A stretch of 64,000 nucleotides of DNA, taken from contig JAJYCP010000002.1 of NCBI GenBank assembly GCA_021778295.1, positions 3,027-67,026 on the forward strand, given 5' to 3'. Under the pieces are notes generated by a model. That model searched no databases. It was not told where the DNA came from and worked only from the letters and a program-made list of their open reading frames with translations. This DNA is from a bacterium. GTDB taxonomy: Bacteria; Patescibacteriota; Minisyncoccia; Phycocordibacterales; Phycocordibacteraceae. Shown in pieces: positions 32,288 through 42,762 of this stretch (positions are counted from its first letter, which is position 1; each line of letters begins with the position of its first letter). The position numbers were made by a program, and so were the translations under genes.

Positions 32288-32790
32288 ATTCCAGAGCACG
32301 AAATGGATTCACTCTTATCGAATTGCTGGTTGTCATTACGATTATTGGACTCCTGTCAGCTGTGGTGCTTGTGTCGCTTAATACCGCGCGCGCAAAAGCT
32401 CGTGACGCTCAGAGAAAAGAAGAGATGCTTTCTATACAACAGGCACTGCAGTTATACGCAAACGATCATAACGGATCGTACCCGGTTTCAAGCGGGTGGA
32501 ACGGATACGGGGTTGGCAATTGTGGCGGATTAGCGGGAACGTTAACCGGCGCTTCTGGATATATTCCAAATTTGGCACCTACATACATATCGGTATTGCC
32601 GGTTGACCCGAGTTTTGTGGCGCAATCTTGTGCCGGGTATATTTACAATTCCGATGGAACCAACTACAAATTCTTAGACCATGTGTTACCGGAAAGCTAC
32701 CCGTCGGTGAACCAAACCTTTTATGACCCTGTGCGTCCGACGTGGGCGTGGATGATATGCAGCGGAGAGCCCGCGTGCTCTACATGGTAA
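32284..32790 (+). CDS. type IV pilin-like protein, orphan copy
   Basis: MNSRARNG|FTLIELLVVITIIGLLSAVVLVSLNTARAKARDAQR. The local GC is visibly lower than the window average. Confidence 0.8.
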   Translation: MNSRARNGFTLIELLVVITIIGLLSAVVLVSLNTARAKARDAQRKEEMLSIQQALQLYANDHNGSYPVSSGWNGYGVGNCGGLAGTLTGASGYIPNLAPTYISVLPVDPSFVAQSCAGYIYNSDGTNYKFLDHVLPESYPSVNQTFYDPVRPTWAWMICSGEPACSTW

Positions 32791-32815
32791 TTCATTAGCG
32801 CATTCCGGTTATTTT

Positions 32816-32989
32816 TCAGAGTACGCCGGTCATTTTGGCGAGTTTGAAACCGATATAGATGCCGACGAAGCCGCCGATGGCGCTCCAGATAGTGTAGGAG
32901 AAGAAGTCGCCGTTCCAGAAATACGGTAACGCGCCGCCGATGGTTGAACCGACGAACATTCCGCCCCAGATGAGTGACTTGCTGCTCAT
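32816..32989 (-). CDS. hypothetical 57-aa two-TM protein (below the ORF-track length cutoff)
   Basis: My own translation: MSSKSLIWGGMFVGSTIGGALPYFWNGDFFSYTIWSAIGGFVGIYIGFKLAKMTGVL*. The Gly-zipper-rich sequence resembles GlsB/YeaQ/YmgE-type small membrane proteins. Confidence 0.45.
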   Translation of the reverse strand: MSSKSLIWGGMFVGSTIGGALPYFWNGDFFSYTIWSAIGGFVGIYIGFKLAKMTGVL

Positions 32990-33024
32990 ATAATAAAAGT
33001 AGAAACAGTGCTTACGAGTGTAGC

Positions 33025-33783
33025 ATGTCGGGTATACTACGCCTCATGCCGTCGGCACACATACTACTCATCGCAGCCGCTCCGCTCTTTGCGCCGGCGC
33101 TGATTGCTCTTGTCGCCGTTCTTATTCTGTTTCTTATGCGACCGCGCCGTTTCTACTTCGTCCGTCACGGCGAGACACTCCTGAACGCCGCGCATATCCG
33201 CCAAGGCTCGGAAGGTGGCCTCTCCGAGAGAGGAAGGCTCCAGACCAAACGCGTCGGACGGTACCTTACACGCTTTCCTATCACCCGCATCATCGCAAGC
33301 CCCTACGAACGCGCAAAAGAAACTGCGGATACCATCAACCACTATCTCAATGTGCCGATTCGTTACTCAAAGCTTTTGGCGGAGCGCCGGAATCCGAGCG
33401 AGATCATCGGCAAACGCGATGACGATCCCGAGGTCATTCGCATCGTCGATCAGATGGACCGCGCGTACCATGACGATACGTATCGCTACTCGGACGAGGA
33501 AAATTTCGAGGATTTGAAAAAGCGGGCGCGGCGGGCACTTTCGTTCCTTGCCCGCCAAAGCGCGCGCGACACCTGCGTGGTGACGCACAGCATCTTTTTG
33601 AAAATGCTCATCGCTTATCTTCTCTACCGCAAACGCCTCCATGCCGCCGATTACGTGAAGCTTTCGTTCTTCAACGCCTCGGACAATGCAAACATCACGG
33701 TGTGCGAATTCCATCCGTGGAAGCTCTTTTCAAGCACGCGCGGCTGGGAGGTCTTGAGCTACAACGAGACGCCGGGAGAATAA
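33025..33783 (+). CDS. histidine phosphatase family protein (phosphoglycerate-mutase-like) with an N-terminal TM anchor
   Basis: FYFVRHGETLLN (RHG catalytic motif), ...SPYERAKETA... and VVTHS. Start moved to ATG 33025. Confidence 0.8.
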   Translation: MSGILRLMPSAHILLIAAAPLFAPALIALVAVLILFLMRPRRFYFVRHGETLLNAAHIRQGSEGGLSERGRLQTKRVGRYLTRFPITRIIASPYERAKETADTINHYLNVPIRYSKLLAERRNPSEIIGKRDDDPEVIRIVDQMDRAYHDDTYRYSDEENFEDLKKRARRALSFLARQSARDTCVVTHSIFLKMLIAYLLYRKRLHAADYVKLSFFNASDNANITVCEFHPWKLFSSTRGWEVLSYNETPGE

Positions 33784-33790
33784 ATAATAG

Positions 33791-33824
33791 AAACAGCGCG
33801 GCGCCCGCAGGCGCCGCGCTGTTT
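33791..33824. terminator. bidirectional terminator hairpin between convergent genes
   Basis: AAACAGCGCGGCGCC-CGCA-GGCGCCGCGCTGTTT, a 15-bp perfect stem with A/T runs on both sides. Confidence 0.7.
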
Positions 33825-33840
33825 CAGTATCAATGCGGAT

Positions 33841-35487
<1,647 letters not shown>

Positions 35488-35510
35488 TTAGTGTTATGTG
35501 ATGATAATGG

Positions 35511-35816
35511 TTATTTCAAGACTCCCAGAACGCCGGATTCCGAGAGGATGTAGTACTCCTGTCCTTCAATTTTTACCTCGTCGTAGCCGTATTTGCTGAA
35601 GAGAACCGTATCGCCCACTTTTACCTGCATCGGTAGACGCTTACCGTCCTCATATTTGCCCGGGCCGACCGCGACCACGCTCCCTTGAGCGGGTTTTTCC
35701 TTATCGACTGTCTCCGGAATGATGATGCCGGAAGCGAGCATCTTTTCTCCTTCCTTCCCCGAGGGCATCACTACGATGCGGTCGCCAAGCGGCACGAGTG
35801 AAAGTTTCTTCGCCAT
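35511..35816 (-). CDS. groS: co-chaperonin GroES
   Basis: 101 aa. L.PLGDRIVV...GIIIPET...G.VVAVGPG...VGD.VLF.KY. Confidence 0.95.
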   Translation of the reverse strand: MAKKLSLVPLGDRIVVMPSGKEGEKMLASGIIIPETVDKEKPAQGSVVAVGPGKYEDGKRLPMQVKVGDTVLFSKYGYDEVKIEGQEYYILSESGVLGVLK

Positions 35817-35934
35817 AATCCCTATATATAAATGGATAATTCTCCCTTACGCCCTGTGGGCAGAGTATAGAGAAACCGTCGTCCACAAGCAAGTTGCGCG
35901 ACCGTATCCAGTCGTGGTATCCTCAGACGCACAG

Positions 35935-36174
35935 ATGGAGGCACTCGTATCGGCATTGCCGTACGCGGAAATCATCCTCGGAATTCTTCTCATCGTCGGC
36001 ATCGTGCTTCAACAGCGCGGTGCGACCCTCGGGGGAGCCTTCGGAGGCGATAATTTCGCGTCGACTTTTTACAAGCGCAGAGGCGCCGAAAAGTTTTTAT
36101 TCAACGCAACTATCGCTATTGCGGTTATCCTCGTACTCGCGGCCATAGCGAACTTCCTTCTTTCTGGGTTATGA
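35935..36174 (+). CDS. secG: preprotein translocase subunit SecG
   Basis: 79 aa. ILGILLIVGIVLQQRGATLGGAFGG...FLFNATIAIAVILVLAAI. Start moved to ATG 35935. Confidence 0.75.
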   Translation: MEALVSALPYAEIILGILLIVGIVLQQRGATLGGAFGGDNFASTFYKRRGAEKFLFNATIAIAVILVLAAIANFLLSGL

Positions 36175-37925
36175 CCCGTACGAACGGTTCTCGTTCTCGC
36201 GAATACGTCGCGCGGTGGCGAGAACGGTTTGCGCGGAAACATACCGTCCGCGTGTTTGAATTCTTGAGAGAACGTGTTCGCGCCGCTTCGCCGAGCGATC
36301 GCAGCATGTTTTACCTGCTTGCGATTCTCGTCGGCATTGCGTCGATTTCGAGCCTGTACGCGCTCGAACAATCTCTGCTTGTCCGCGTACCCAGTTACGG
36401 CGGCACGCTCGTTGAGGGCGAGGTGGGAAGTCCGCGATTCATAAATCCTCTTCTTGCCATCAGCGACGCCGACCGCGACCTCTCCGCGCTCACGTATGCC
36501 GGCCTCATGGGCCTCTCAGGCACCGGAACGCTCGTACCGGTGCTCGCAAAAAGTTACAGCATATCCCCCGATGGGAAAACGTACACCTTCATCTTGCGCA
36601 AAGACGCGAAATTCTCCGACGGCACGCCCGTCACGGCGGCTGATGTCGTCTTCACGGTGAACGAAGCGCAAAACTCTGGGCTCAAAAGTCCGGAATACGC
36701 GGACTGGTCCGGCGTTAACGTGCTCGCGGTCGACCAGCGTACCGTACGCTTTACGCTCGCGAAACCGTATGAACCGTTTCTCGGATTGACGACCTTGGGC
36801 ATCCTCCCCGCGCACCTCTGGCAGAATATCTCAAGCGAAGAGTTTCCCTTTTCCAATCTTGAAACGAATCCCGTGGGAGCCGGACCGTTCAAGATTGCGA
36901 GTATCTCGCGCGATGCTTCCGGACTCATTCAAAGCGTATCGCTCGCCGAGAATCCGTACTATGTGTTCGGCCGGCCTTATCTCGACGGCATCCGCTTCAA
37001 TTTCTATTCGCGTACCGAAGATCTCGCGAGTGCGCTTGCAAGCGGCGCCGTCGAGAGCGCGTATGGCGTGAGCGGCAAGGGCGCGCTGACCGCTCCCTAC
37101 GCGCGCATTTTCGGCGTGTTCTGGAACCCGAGCGAGAACCCGGTCTATGCGCGTCTTGAAGTACGCAAAGCGCTCTCGCTCGCGCTTGATCGGAACGCCA
37201 TCATCAAGTCGGTGTTGGGCGGTTATGCGACCGCGATTATGGGGCCGGTGCCGCCCGGAGGGTCCGTGAAGCAGGTGGCAATCCCCGAGTCGAAAAATCC
37301 GACCGCGACGGCCGCACAGGTGCTCGAGGCGGCCGGATGGGTGTACGACGGCAATGCGCGCGTCTGGAAGAATGCAAGCGCGAAACAAACGCTCGGCACG
37401 ATCACCATACGCACGTCGAATGTTCCTGAATTGAAGAACGTCGCAAGCGCCGTCAAGACCTATTGGGAGAGGCTTGGCATTCCGGTCAATATCGAGCTGT
37501 ACCAACCGGGTGATCTTTCGCAGAACGTCATACGGCCGCGCAAATATGAAGCGCTCCTCTACGGCATGGTCGTCGGCCGCGATGAAGACCTTTACGCCTT
37601 TTGGGATTCTCAGGAACGGAATGATCCCGGGCTCAATATCGCGCTCTATGCGAACAAGACCGTCGATACGCTGCTTGAAGAGGCGCGTAGTTCCAATGAC
37701 CAAGCGCTCCGCGCGGCCGATCTTCAAAAAATCGAGGATATCGTCGCCGCGGATTATCCTGCAGCGTTCATCTATGCACCGGATTTCACCTACACGGTAC
37801 CGAACGATCTCAAGGGCGTCGTGCTCCCGCAGATCGTCACCCCCGCGGATCGTTTCGCGACAGTCGCGCGTTGGTACCGTTCAACCGACGCGGTGTGGCC
37901 TTTCTTTGCGCAGCAGAAACACTAG
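36171..37925 (+). CDS. ABC-type substrate-binding protein, family 5 (peptide/nickel type), TM-anchored
   Basis: 584 aa with an N-terminal TM (MFYLLAILVGIASISSLYAL) and SBP_bac_5-like blocks (TYTFILRKDAKFSDGTPVTAADVVFT). ATGA overlap with secG. No permease or ATPase genes are adjacent. Confidence 0.8.
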   Translation: MTRTNGSRSREYVARWRERFARKHTVRVFEFLRERVRAASPSDRSMFYLLAILVGIASISSLYALEQSLLVRVPSYGGTLVEGEVGSPRFINPLLAISDADRDLSALTYAGLMGLSGTGTLVPVLAKSYSISPDGKTYTFILRKDAKFSDGTPVTAADVVFTVNEAQNSGLKSPEYADWSGVNVLAVDQRTVRFTLAKPYEPFLGLTTLGILPAHLWQNISSEEFPFSNLETNPVGAGPFKIASISRDASGLIQSVSLAENPYYVFGRPYLDGIRFNFYSRTEDLASALASGAVESAYGVSGKGALTAPYARIFGVFWNPSENPVYARLEVRKALSLALDRNAIIKSVLGGYATAIMGPVPPGGSVKQVAIPESKNPTATAAQVLEAAGWVYDGNARVWKNASAKQTLGTITIRTSNVPELKNVASAVKTYWERLGIPVNIELYQPGDLSQNVIRPRKYEALLYGMVVGRDEDLYAFWDSQERNDPGLNIALYANKTVDTLLEEARSSNDQALRAADLQKIEDIVAADYPAAFIYAPDFTYTVPNDLKGVVLPQIVTPADRFATVARWYRSTDAVWPFFAQQKH

Positions 37926-37989
37926 CTATTTCCGTACGGGTTTTCTTTTATTTATTAATTTTGCAAGCCCGAGTAACTAACCAATCGTT

Positions 37990-39912
37990 ATGAATCCATC
38001 ACCAGCACCTGCACCAGCACCCGCCTCGCCGTACCCGCGATCGAACCCAAAGCGCGATGCGCAATCGAGCCATAACCACCCTCCGAAACGTTTCGAGCGA
38101 GGAGGGCGTCCATCCGGACGCGGCGCGGCCCGTCCGGGCGGCGCAACGCGGCGTATCCAAAGAATCCTGCGCCGTCCTACCGCGATGCCTGCGCGCGCGA
38201 GCCGCACCGCGGACTATTTCCCCGAGCCGGCGGGAGCAAATACCGTCCGCATTATCCCGCTCGGCGGCGCGGAAGAGGTCGGCCGCAACATGATCGCGGT
38301 TGAAGTCGGCGCGACCGGCGATATTCTCGTCTTTGACGCCGGTTTTCAGTTCGTTTCCGAAGACACGTCTCCGGGCGTCGATTACATCCTCCCCAATACG
38401 CGGTATCTTGAAAAAAATGCGGCGCGCGTGAAAGGCGTCATCATCACGCACGGGCATCTCGATCATATCGGCGGCATTCCGTTCATCCTCCCGCGTTTCG
38501 GCACGCCGCCCATTTACACGCAGAATCTCACTTCGGTAATGATCGCCCGCCGCCAGGAAGAATATCCGGACGTGCCGAAATCTGAAATGATCGTCGTCGA
38601 GGCCGGCCAGACCATGACGATCGGCTCAACCCGGGTGAAATTCTTCCCGGTCACCCACTCGATACCCGATTCGATGGGTGCTTCAATCGAAACTCCCCAC
38701 GGCAACGTCGTCATCTCAGGCGACCTGAAACTCGACCACGACGGCACGACCCCGTCCGAACGCGAGTTCAAAACCTGGGGCGAGATCGGCAAAGATAAAA
38801 ACATCTTCCTCATTGCAGACTCGACCAATGCCGAGAAAGACGGTTTTTCCATCCCCGAAGTACGCGTCATCCAGACACTCGAAGATATCATCAAGACCGT
38901 CTCGGGACGGCTTATCATTGGCACGTTCGCTTCGCAATTCGAACGCATGATCCACATCATGGAGGCGGCGGAAAAATACAATAAGAAAATAGTCCTTGAG
39001 GGCCGTTCCATAAAAACCAATCTCGAGATAGCCGAGAAAACCGGCCTTTTGAAAGTCAATAAGGATACGTTCATTCAGGCGCAAGATGTCGGCAATTATC
39101 CGCCCGATAAGATCGTCATCCTCTCGACCGGTGCGCAAGGCGAAGAATTCGCCGGACTCATGCGCATTGCCACGCGACAGCACAAATACATCAGTCTGAA
39201 CGAGCGCGATACCATCGTGCTCTCCTCGTCTGTCATTCCCGGCAATGAGATTGCCGTGCAGAAATTGAAAGACAATCTCTACCGCCACAACGTGACGCTC
39301 ATCCACTACCGCTCGAGCGACGTGCACTCAACCGGTCACGGCAATACCGGCGAACTTGTCTGGATCAACAAGCAGGTGCACCCGAAGTTCTTCATGCCGG
39401 GGTACGGCTATCGTTCGATGACGACCTGTCATGCGAAAGCCGTCGAACAGTCCGGATTTCCGAAAGAAAACATTGTCATTGCGGACAACGGTACGGTCAT
39501 CGATATCGAGGACGGAGAACGAATGAACATCCATAAGCAGCGCGTGCCGTCCGCGCCCATGGTGGTGGACGGCTTCACCATCGGCGACATGCAGGAAGTC
39601 GTCATCCGCGACCGCCAGTCGCTCGCGAAGGACGGCATGTTCGTCATCATCGCAAACGTGAATCTGAAAACCGGAAAGCTCCGGAAGTCGCCCGATATCA
39701 TCAGCCGCGGGTTTATCTATCTGCGTGAATCGCAGAATCTCTTGAATGAGGCGCGCATCCTTATTAAGAAGACGATTGAGGATTCAACCCGCAATATGAA
39801 TCCCATCGACCTTGATTATGTAAAGAATACGCTCACCGATGTGATCGCCGGATTCCTCTTTACCAGAACGAATAAGGCGCCGATGGTGATTCCCGTGCTC
39901 ATCGGGATGTAA
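37990..39912 (+). CDS. rnj: ribonuclease J (MBL/beta-CASP) with a ~85-aa Pro/Arg-rich N-terminal extension
   Basis: IPLGGAEEVGRNM, THGHLDHIGG, GDLKLD and HSTGHG (motif C region). 640 aa. Confidence 0.9.
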   Translation: MNPSPAPAPAPASPYPRSNPKRDAQSSHNHPPKRFERGGRPSGRGAARPGGATRRIQRILRRPTAMPARASRTADYFPEPAGANTVRIIPLGGAEEVGRNMIAVEVGATGDILVFDAGFQFVSEDTSPGVDYILPNTRYLEKNAARVKGVIITHGHLDHIGGIPFILPRFGTPPIYTQNLTSVMIARRQEEYPDVPKSEMIVVEAGQTMTIGSTRVKFFPVTHSIPDSMGASIETPHGNVVISGDLKLDHDGTTPSEREFKTWGEIGKDKNIFLIADSTNAEKDGFSIPEVRVIQTLEDIIKTVSGRLIIGTFASQFERMIHIMEAAEKYNKKIVLEGRSIKTNLEIAEKTGLLKVNKDTFIQAQDVGNYPPDKIVILSTGAQGEEFAGLMRIATRQHKYISLNERDTIVLSSSVIPGNEIAVQKLKDNLYRHNVTLIHYRSSDVHSTGHGNTGELVWINKQVHPKFFMPGYGYRSMTTCHAKAVEQSGFPKENIVIADNGTVIDIEDGERMNIHKQRVPSAPMVVDGFTIGDMQEVVIRDRQSLAKDGMFVIIANVNLKTGKLRKSPDIISRGFIYLRESQNLLNEARILIKKTIEDSTRNMNPIDLDYVKNTLTDVIAGFLFTRTNKAPMVIPVLIGM

Positions 39913-39967
39913 TCCTGTAAACGAAAACGCGACTCGCCTCTCTGGCGAGTCGCGTTTTTGGCGTGGT

Positions 39968-41134
39968 ATGCTCGACGCGATGCGCCCTCGTGTTATTCTT
40001 GCTGTCGGGAATTTTTTCTTTTCGCTTTTCGCGACTCTTATCGTCTATATCCTGCTTCCCTACCTCTCCTCATTCATGCCGGAGGCGTATGCCGGACTTG
40101 TAATCGCTCTCGGCGCTCTCGGCGCGGTTCTATTTTTCCCCTATCTCCCGCGTTTGGTTGCGCGTTATGGCGCGCAACAGCTCGCGCTTGTATTTGCAAT
40201 CGCGGAAATGGTCGCACTCTTCGCGCTTGCGGCATCTCCCGGCGCTATCGCCGGCATCCTGCTTATCGCCGTCACCGTAGCACTCCAGCCTTTTCTGTAC
40301 TATGAACTTGATCTGCTCCTTGAAGCGACCATCGCGCAGGAGGGTACGACCGGCCGCGTGCGGGCGACTTTCCTCACCGCATGGAACATCGCGGCGCTTG
40401 CGGCGCCGCTTCTTATGGGTGCGCTTCTCGCGCATTCAAATGACTACAGCCGGGTATTCCTGGCCGCTTCAGCGGCGCTCGTACCGTTTATCGTCCTCTT
40501 TGCCGCCCGCTCCCTCCCTAAAGGTAAACCCCCAAAACTATCACGCATGCGCGACGCATTCTTTTGCGTGTTACATGACCGTGATCTCGCATCGGTTACG
40601 TTCGCTCATTTTCTCTTGTATCTCTTTTACGTTTGGACGCCGCTCTACGTTCCGGTGTATCTCCACGATGCGCTTGGCATACCCTGGTCAAGCCTTGGCA
40701 AAATGTTCTCGATAATGCTCATACCCTATGTGCTCGTCGAATATCCGGCGGGGTGGATCGCCGATCGGTTTCTCGGCGACAAAGAGCTCATGTTTGCAGG
40801 ATTTCTCATTGCGGGCGGCGCACTCGCTTCACTGGGCGTGCTCTCCACGGCTTCTCCGCTCATCCTGATTCTCGGTATCCTTATCGTTTCGCGCATCGGT
40901 GCGGCACTCGTTGAAAGCATGACCGAAATACATTTTTTCCGGCGCGTCTCCGAACAAGACGTGAATTCGGTGAATATATTCCGCGGTATCTGGCCCTTGG
41001 CGGATCTTGTCGCGCCGATCGTGGGAAGTTTTATTCTTTTTTTCGGTAATTATCAAATCCTCTTCGTACTCACCGGCGGGTTCATCGCCATCGTCGGTGT
41101 GGCAACGACACTCTTCATAAAAGATTTCCGCTAG
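39968..41134 (+). CDS. MFS transporter
   Basis: 388 aa with about 12 TM segments and a typical MFS hydrophobic periodicity. Its stop TAG lies inside the CTAG terminus of repeat copy 2. Confidence 0.8.
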   Translation: MLDAMRPRVILAVGNFFFSLFATLIVYILLPYLSSFMPEAYAGLVIALGALGAVLFFPYLPRLVARYGAQQLALVFAIAEMVALFALAASPGAIAGILLIAVTVALQPFLYYELDLLLEATIAQEGTTGRVRATFLTAWNIAALAAPLLMGALLAHSNDYSRVFLAASAALVPFIVLFAARSLPKGKPPKLSRMRDAFFCVLHDRDLASVTFAHFLLYLFYVWTPLYVPVYLHDALGIPWSSLGKMFSIMLIPYVLVEYPAGWIADRFLGDKELMFAGFLIAGGALASLGVLSTASPLILILGILIVSRIGAALVESMTEIHFFRRVSEQDVNSVNIFRGIWPLADLVAPIVGSFILFFGNYQILFVLTGGFIAIVGVATTLFIKDFR

Positions 41135-41274
41135 GGTGGTCCGTCTCAACTCCCGTTCGGGCATGCGGCAGAAAGAGGCTTACGGAGCCCGACGGGGCGA
41201 GTACGAGCCGCTTTTTGAGCACAAAAAGACGGCGTACTCCTTTCTGCCGCATGCCCGAGTGGGAGGGGTTCTAG
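41131..41274. repeat. MITE-like palindromic repeat, copy 2 (inverted relative to copies 1 and 3)
   Basis: CTAGGGTGGTCCGTCTCAAC...GCATGCGGCAGAAAGAGG...CCTTTCTGCCGCATGC...GGGGTTCTAG. Flanked by CTAG at both ends. Fills the gap between two convergent genes exactly. Confidence 0.85.
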
Positions 41275-42083
41275 TCCGCGAGCGCGTACCGGCTCCTCTG
41301 CGCGCGAATCAGCCCTTCCGCGCAAAGCGCATCGAGAGCACGCGCGACCTGCGCGCGCCGGAGCGGCCCGAGTAACCCTGTAAGACGTACGCCCGTCGCG
41401 CTTCCGCGAGCGAGTTCCCGGAGGATTGCTCCGCGCGCCTCGCGCAGAGACCCTGTAAACTTCGTCTGTTTTATATAGTGCCGGCTCCGCGCATTGTGCG
41501 AGATACCCGAACGTTTCAAGTAAGCGCCATAGTCCATGAGTGCGCTGTACCATTCCCTCGCTCTGCCGGTAGGCAACACCTCCGTAAGGATGCGTTCTAT
41601 CTCCGTATCGGAAACGTTTTCTCTTTTCGGGAAGAAATGATGCAGAATGGCCGTGCGGATGTTCGTTTCCACTACGATGACATCGTGGTTGTAGGCGAAC
41701 GCCGCAATAGCACGGGCGGTATAGGGCCCGATACCCGGCAATGTTTCGAGTTCGCGCGCGGTGCGCGGCACTGCGCGCACCGCGATTTCTTTTGCCGCTT
41801 TGTGCAGCATGCTCGCCCGGCGATTATAGCCGAGTCCTTGCCAGCTTTTGAGAACTTCAGAGAGTGGCGCTGCGGCAAGCACGTGTACCGTTGGAAACTT
41901 TTTGATGAATGCCGCATAGAATGGCAGCACACGTTCCACCTGCGTCTGCTGCAACATGATTTCAGAGACGAGTATCCGGTACGGATTATGCGTTGTGCGC
42001 CACGGCAGCGTATGCCGTCCCCGTGCGCGATAGTACCGCCACACCAGCGCTCTAAATTTCGTAAACGACATCTTTGCGTTCAA
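41271..42083 (-). CDS. HhH-GPD DNA glycosylase, MutY-like N-terminal domain without Fe-S Cys motif, wHTH-like C-terminus
   Basis: HTLPWR.T.NPYRILVSEIMLQQTQV.RV...F...FP, LGYNRRA and LPGIGPYTARAI. There is no C-x6-C-x2-C-x5-C motif anywhere and no NUDIX-like C-terminal domain. Confidence 0.7.
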   Translation of the reverse strand: MNAKMSFTKFRALVWRYYRARGRHTLPWRTTHNPYRILVSEIMLQQTQVERVLPFYAAFIKKFPTVHVLAAAPLSEVLKSWQGLGYNRRASMLHKAAKEIAVRAVPRTARELETLPGIGPYTARAIAAFAYNHDVIVVETNIRTAILHHFFPKRENVSDTEIERILTEVLPTGRAREWYSALMDYGAYLKRSGISHNARSRHYIKQTKFTGSLREARGAILRELARGSATGVRLTGLLGPLRRAQVARALDALCAEGLIRAQRSRYALAD

Positions 42084-42741
42084 CGACTATTTTCCAACCG
42101 CGCCTTTTTGCGTGCGCGTAGAGCGCGCCGTTCGGGTTGAATGCGATGGCCGTTTCAACCGACTCAAGAAGAGGAATGTCGCTCTCCGTGTCCCCGACGC
42201 CGATCGAACCCTCAAACGTCAGACCTTCTTTGCGCATCGCCCTCTGCAGTATCGCCGATTTGTTTTGGATGAGATCGCCGTCCTCGACGTCGCCCGTAAA
42301 GTTTCCGGAGGGGCCCGAAGTAAAGAAAAATCCATAGACCTTATCGAATCCCGCCTCATAGCCGAACCCGTCGGCGATAAATTTCGGCGAATGCGAGATG
42401 GCGAGGAGATAATAACCCTTTCCTTTCAGATCTTTGATAAGGTCGCGCGTGTAGCGATAGACACGGTTCTTTTTTTCCTCGATAATTTCTCCGGCGGCGT
42501 CTGCCACTGCCGCAAACGGAACTCCTTTTATCTGTTTTTGGAAGACTTCAACGACTTTATCGACATACGCTTGATAATCGCCTTCCCGGTCAAGCCAGCG
42601 TGCGCGTTCCCTCTCGTAGAGCGCGCGTGATTCCTCCGGGAATATTCCTTTTTCAATGAGACGCTCGACGAGTTCGAGAGTCAGAGATGAGCGGAATACC
42701 GTCCCGTCAATGTCGAAAGCGGCTACCGGACGTTTTTCCAT
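42052..42741 (-). CDS. HAD-superfamily hydrolase (subfamily IB, phosphoserine-phosphatase-like)
   Basis: AAFDIDGTVF (DxDGT), ...AISHSP..., and GVGDTESDIPLL. Confidence 0.8.
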   Translation of the reverse strand: MEKRPVAAFDIDGTVFRSSLTLELVERLIEKGIFPEESRALYERERARWLDREGDYQAYVDKVVEVFQKQIKGVPFAAVADAAGEIIEEKKNRVYRYTRDLIKDLKGKGYYLLAISHSPKFIADGFGYEAGFDKVYGFFFTSGPSGNFTGDVEDGDLIQNKSAILQRAMRKEGLTFEGSIGVGDTESDIPLLESVETAIAFNPNGALYAHAKRRGWKIVVERKDVVYEI

Positions 42742-42762
42742 GCCGCCATAGTACCTTACTTC

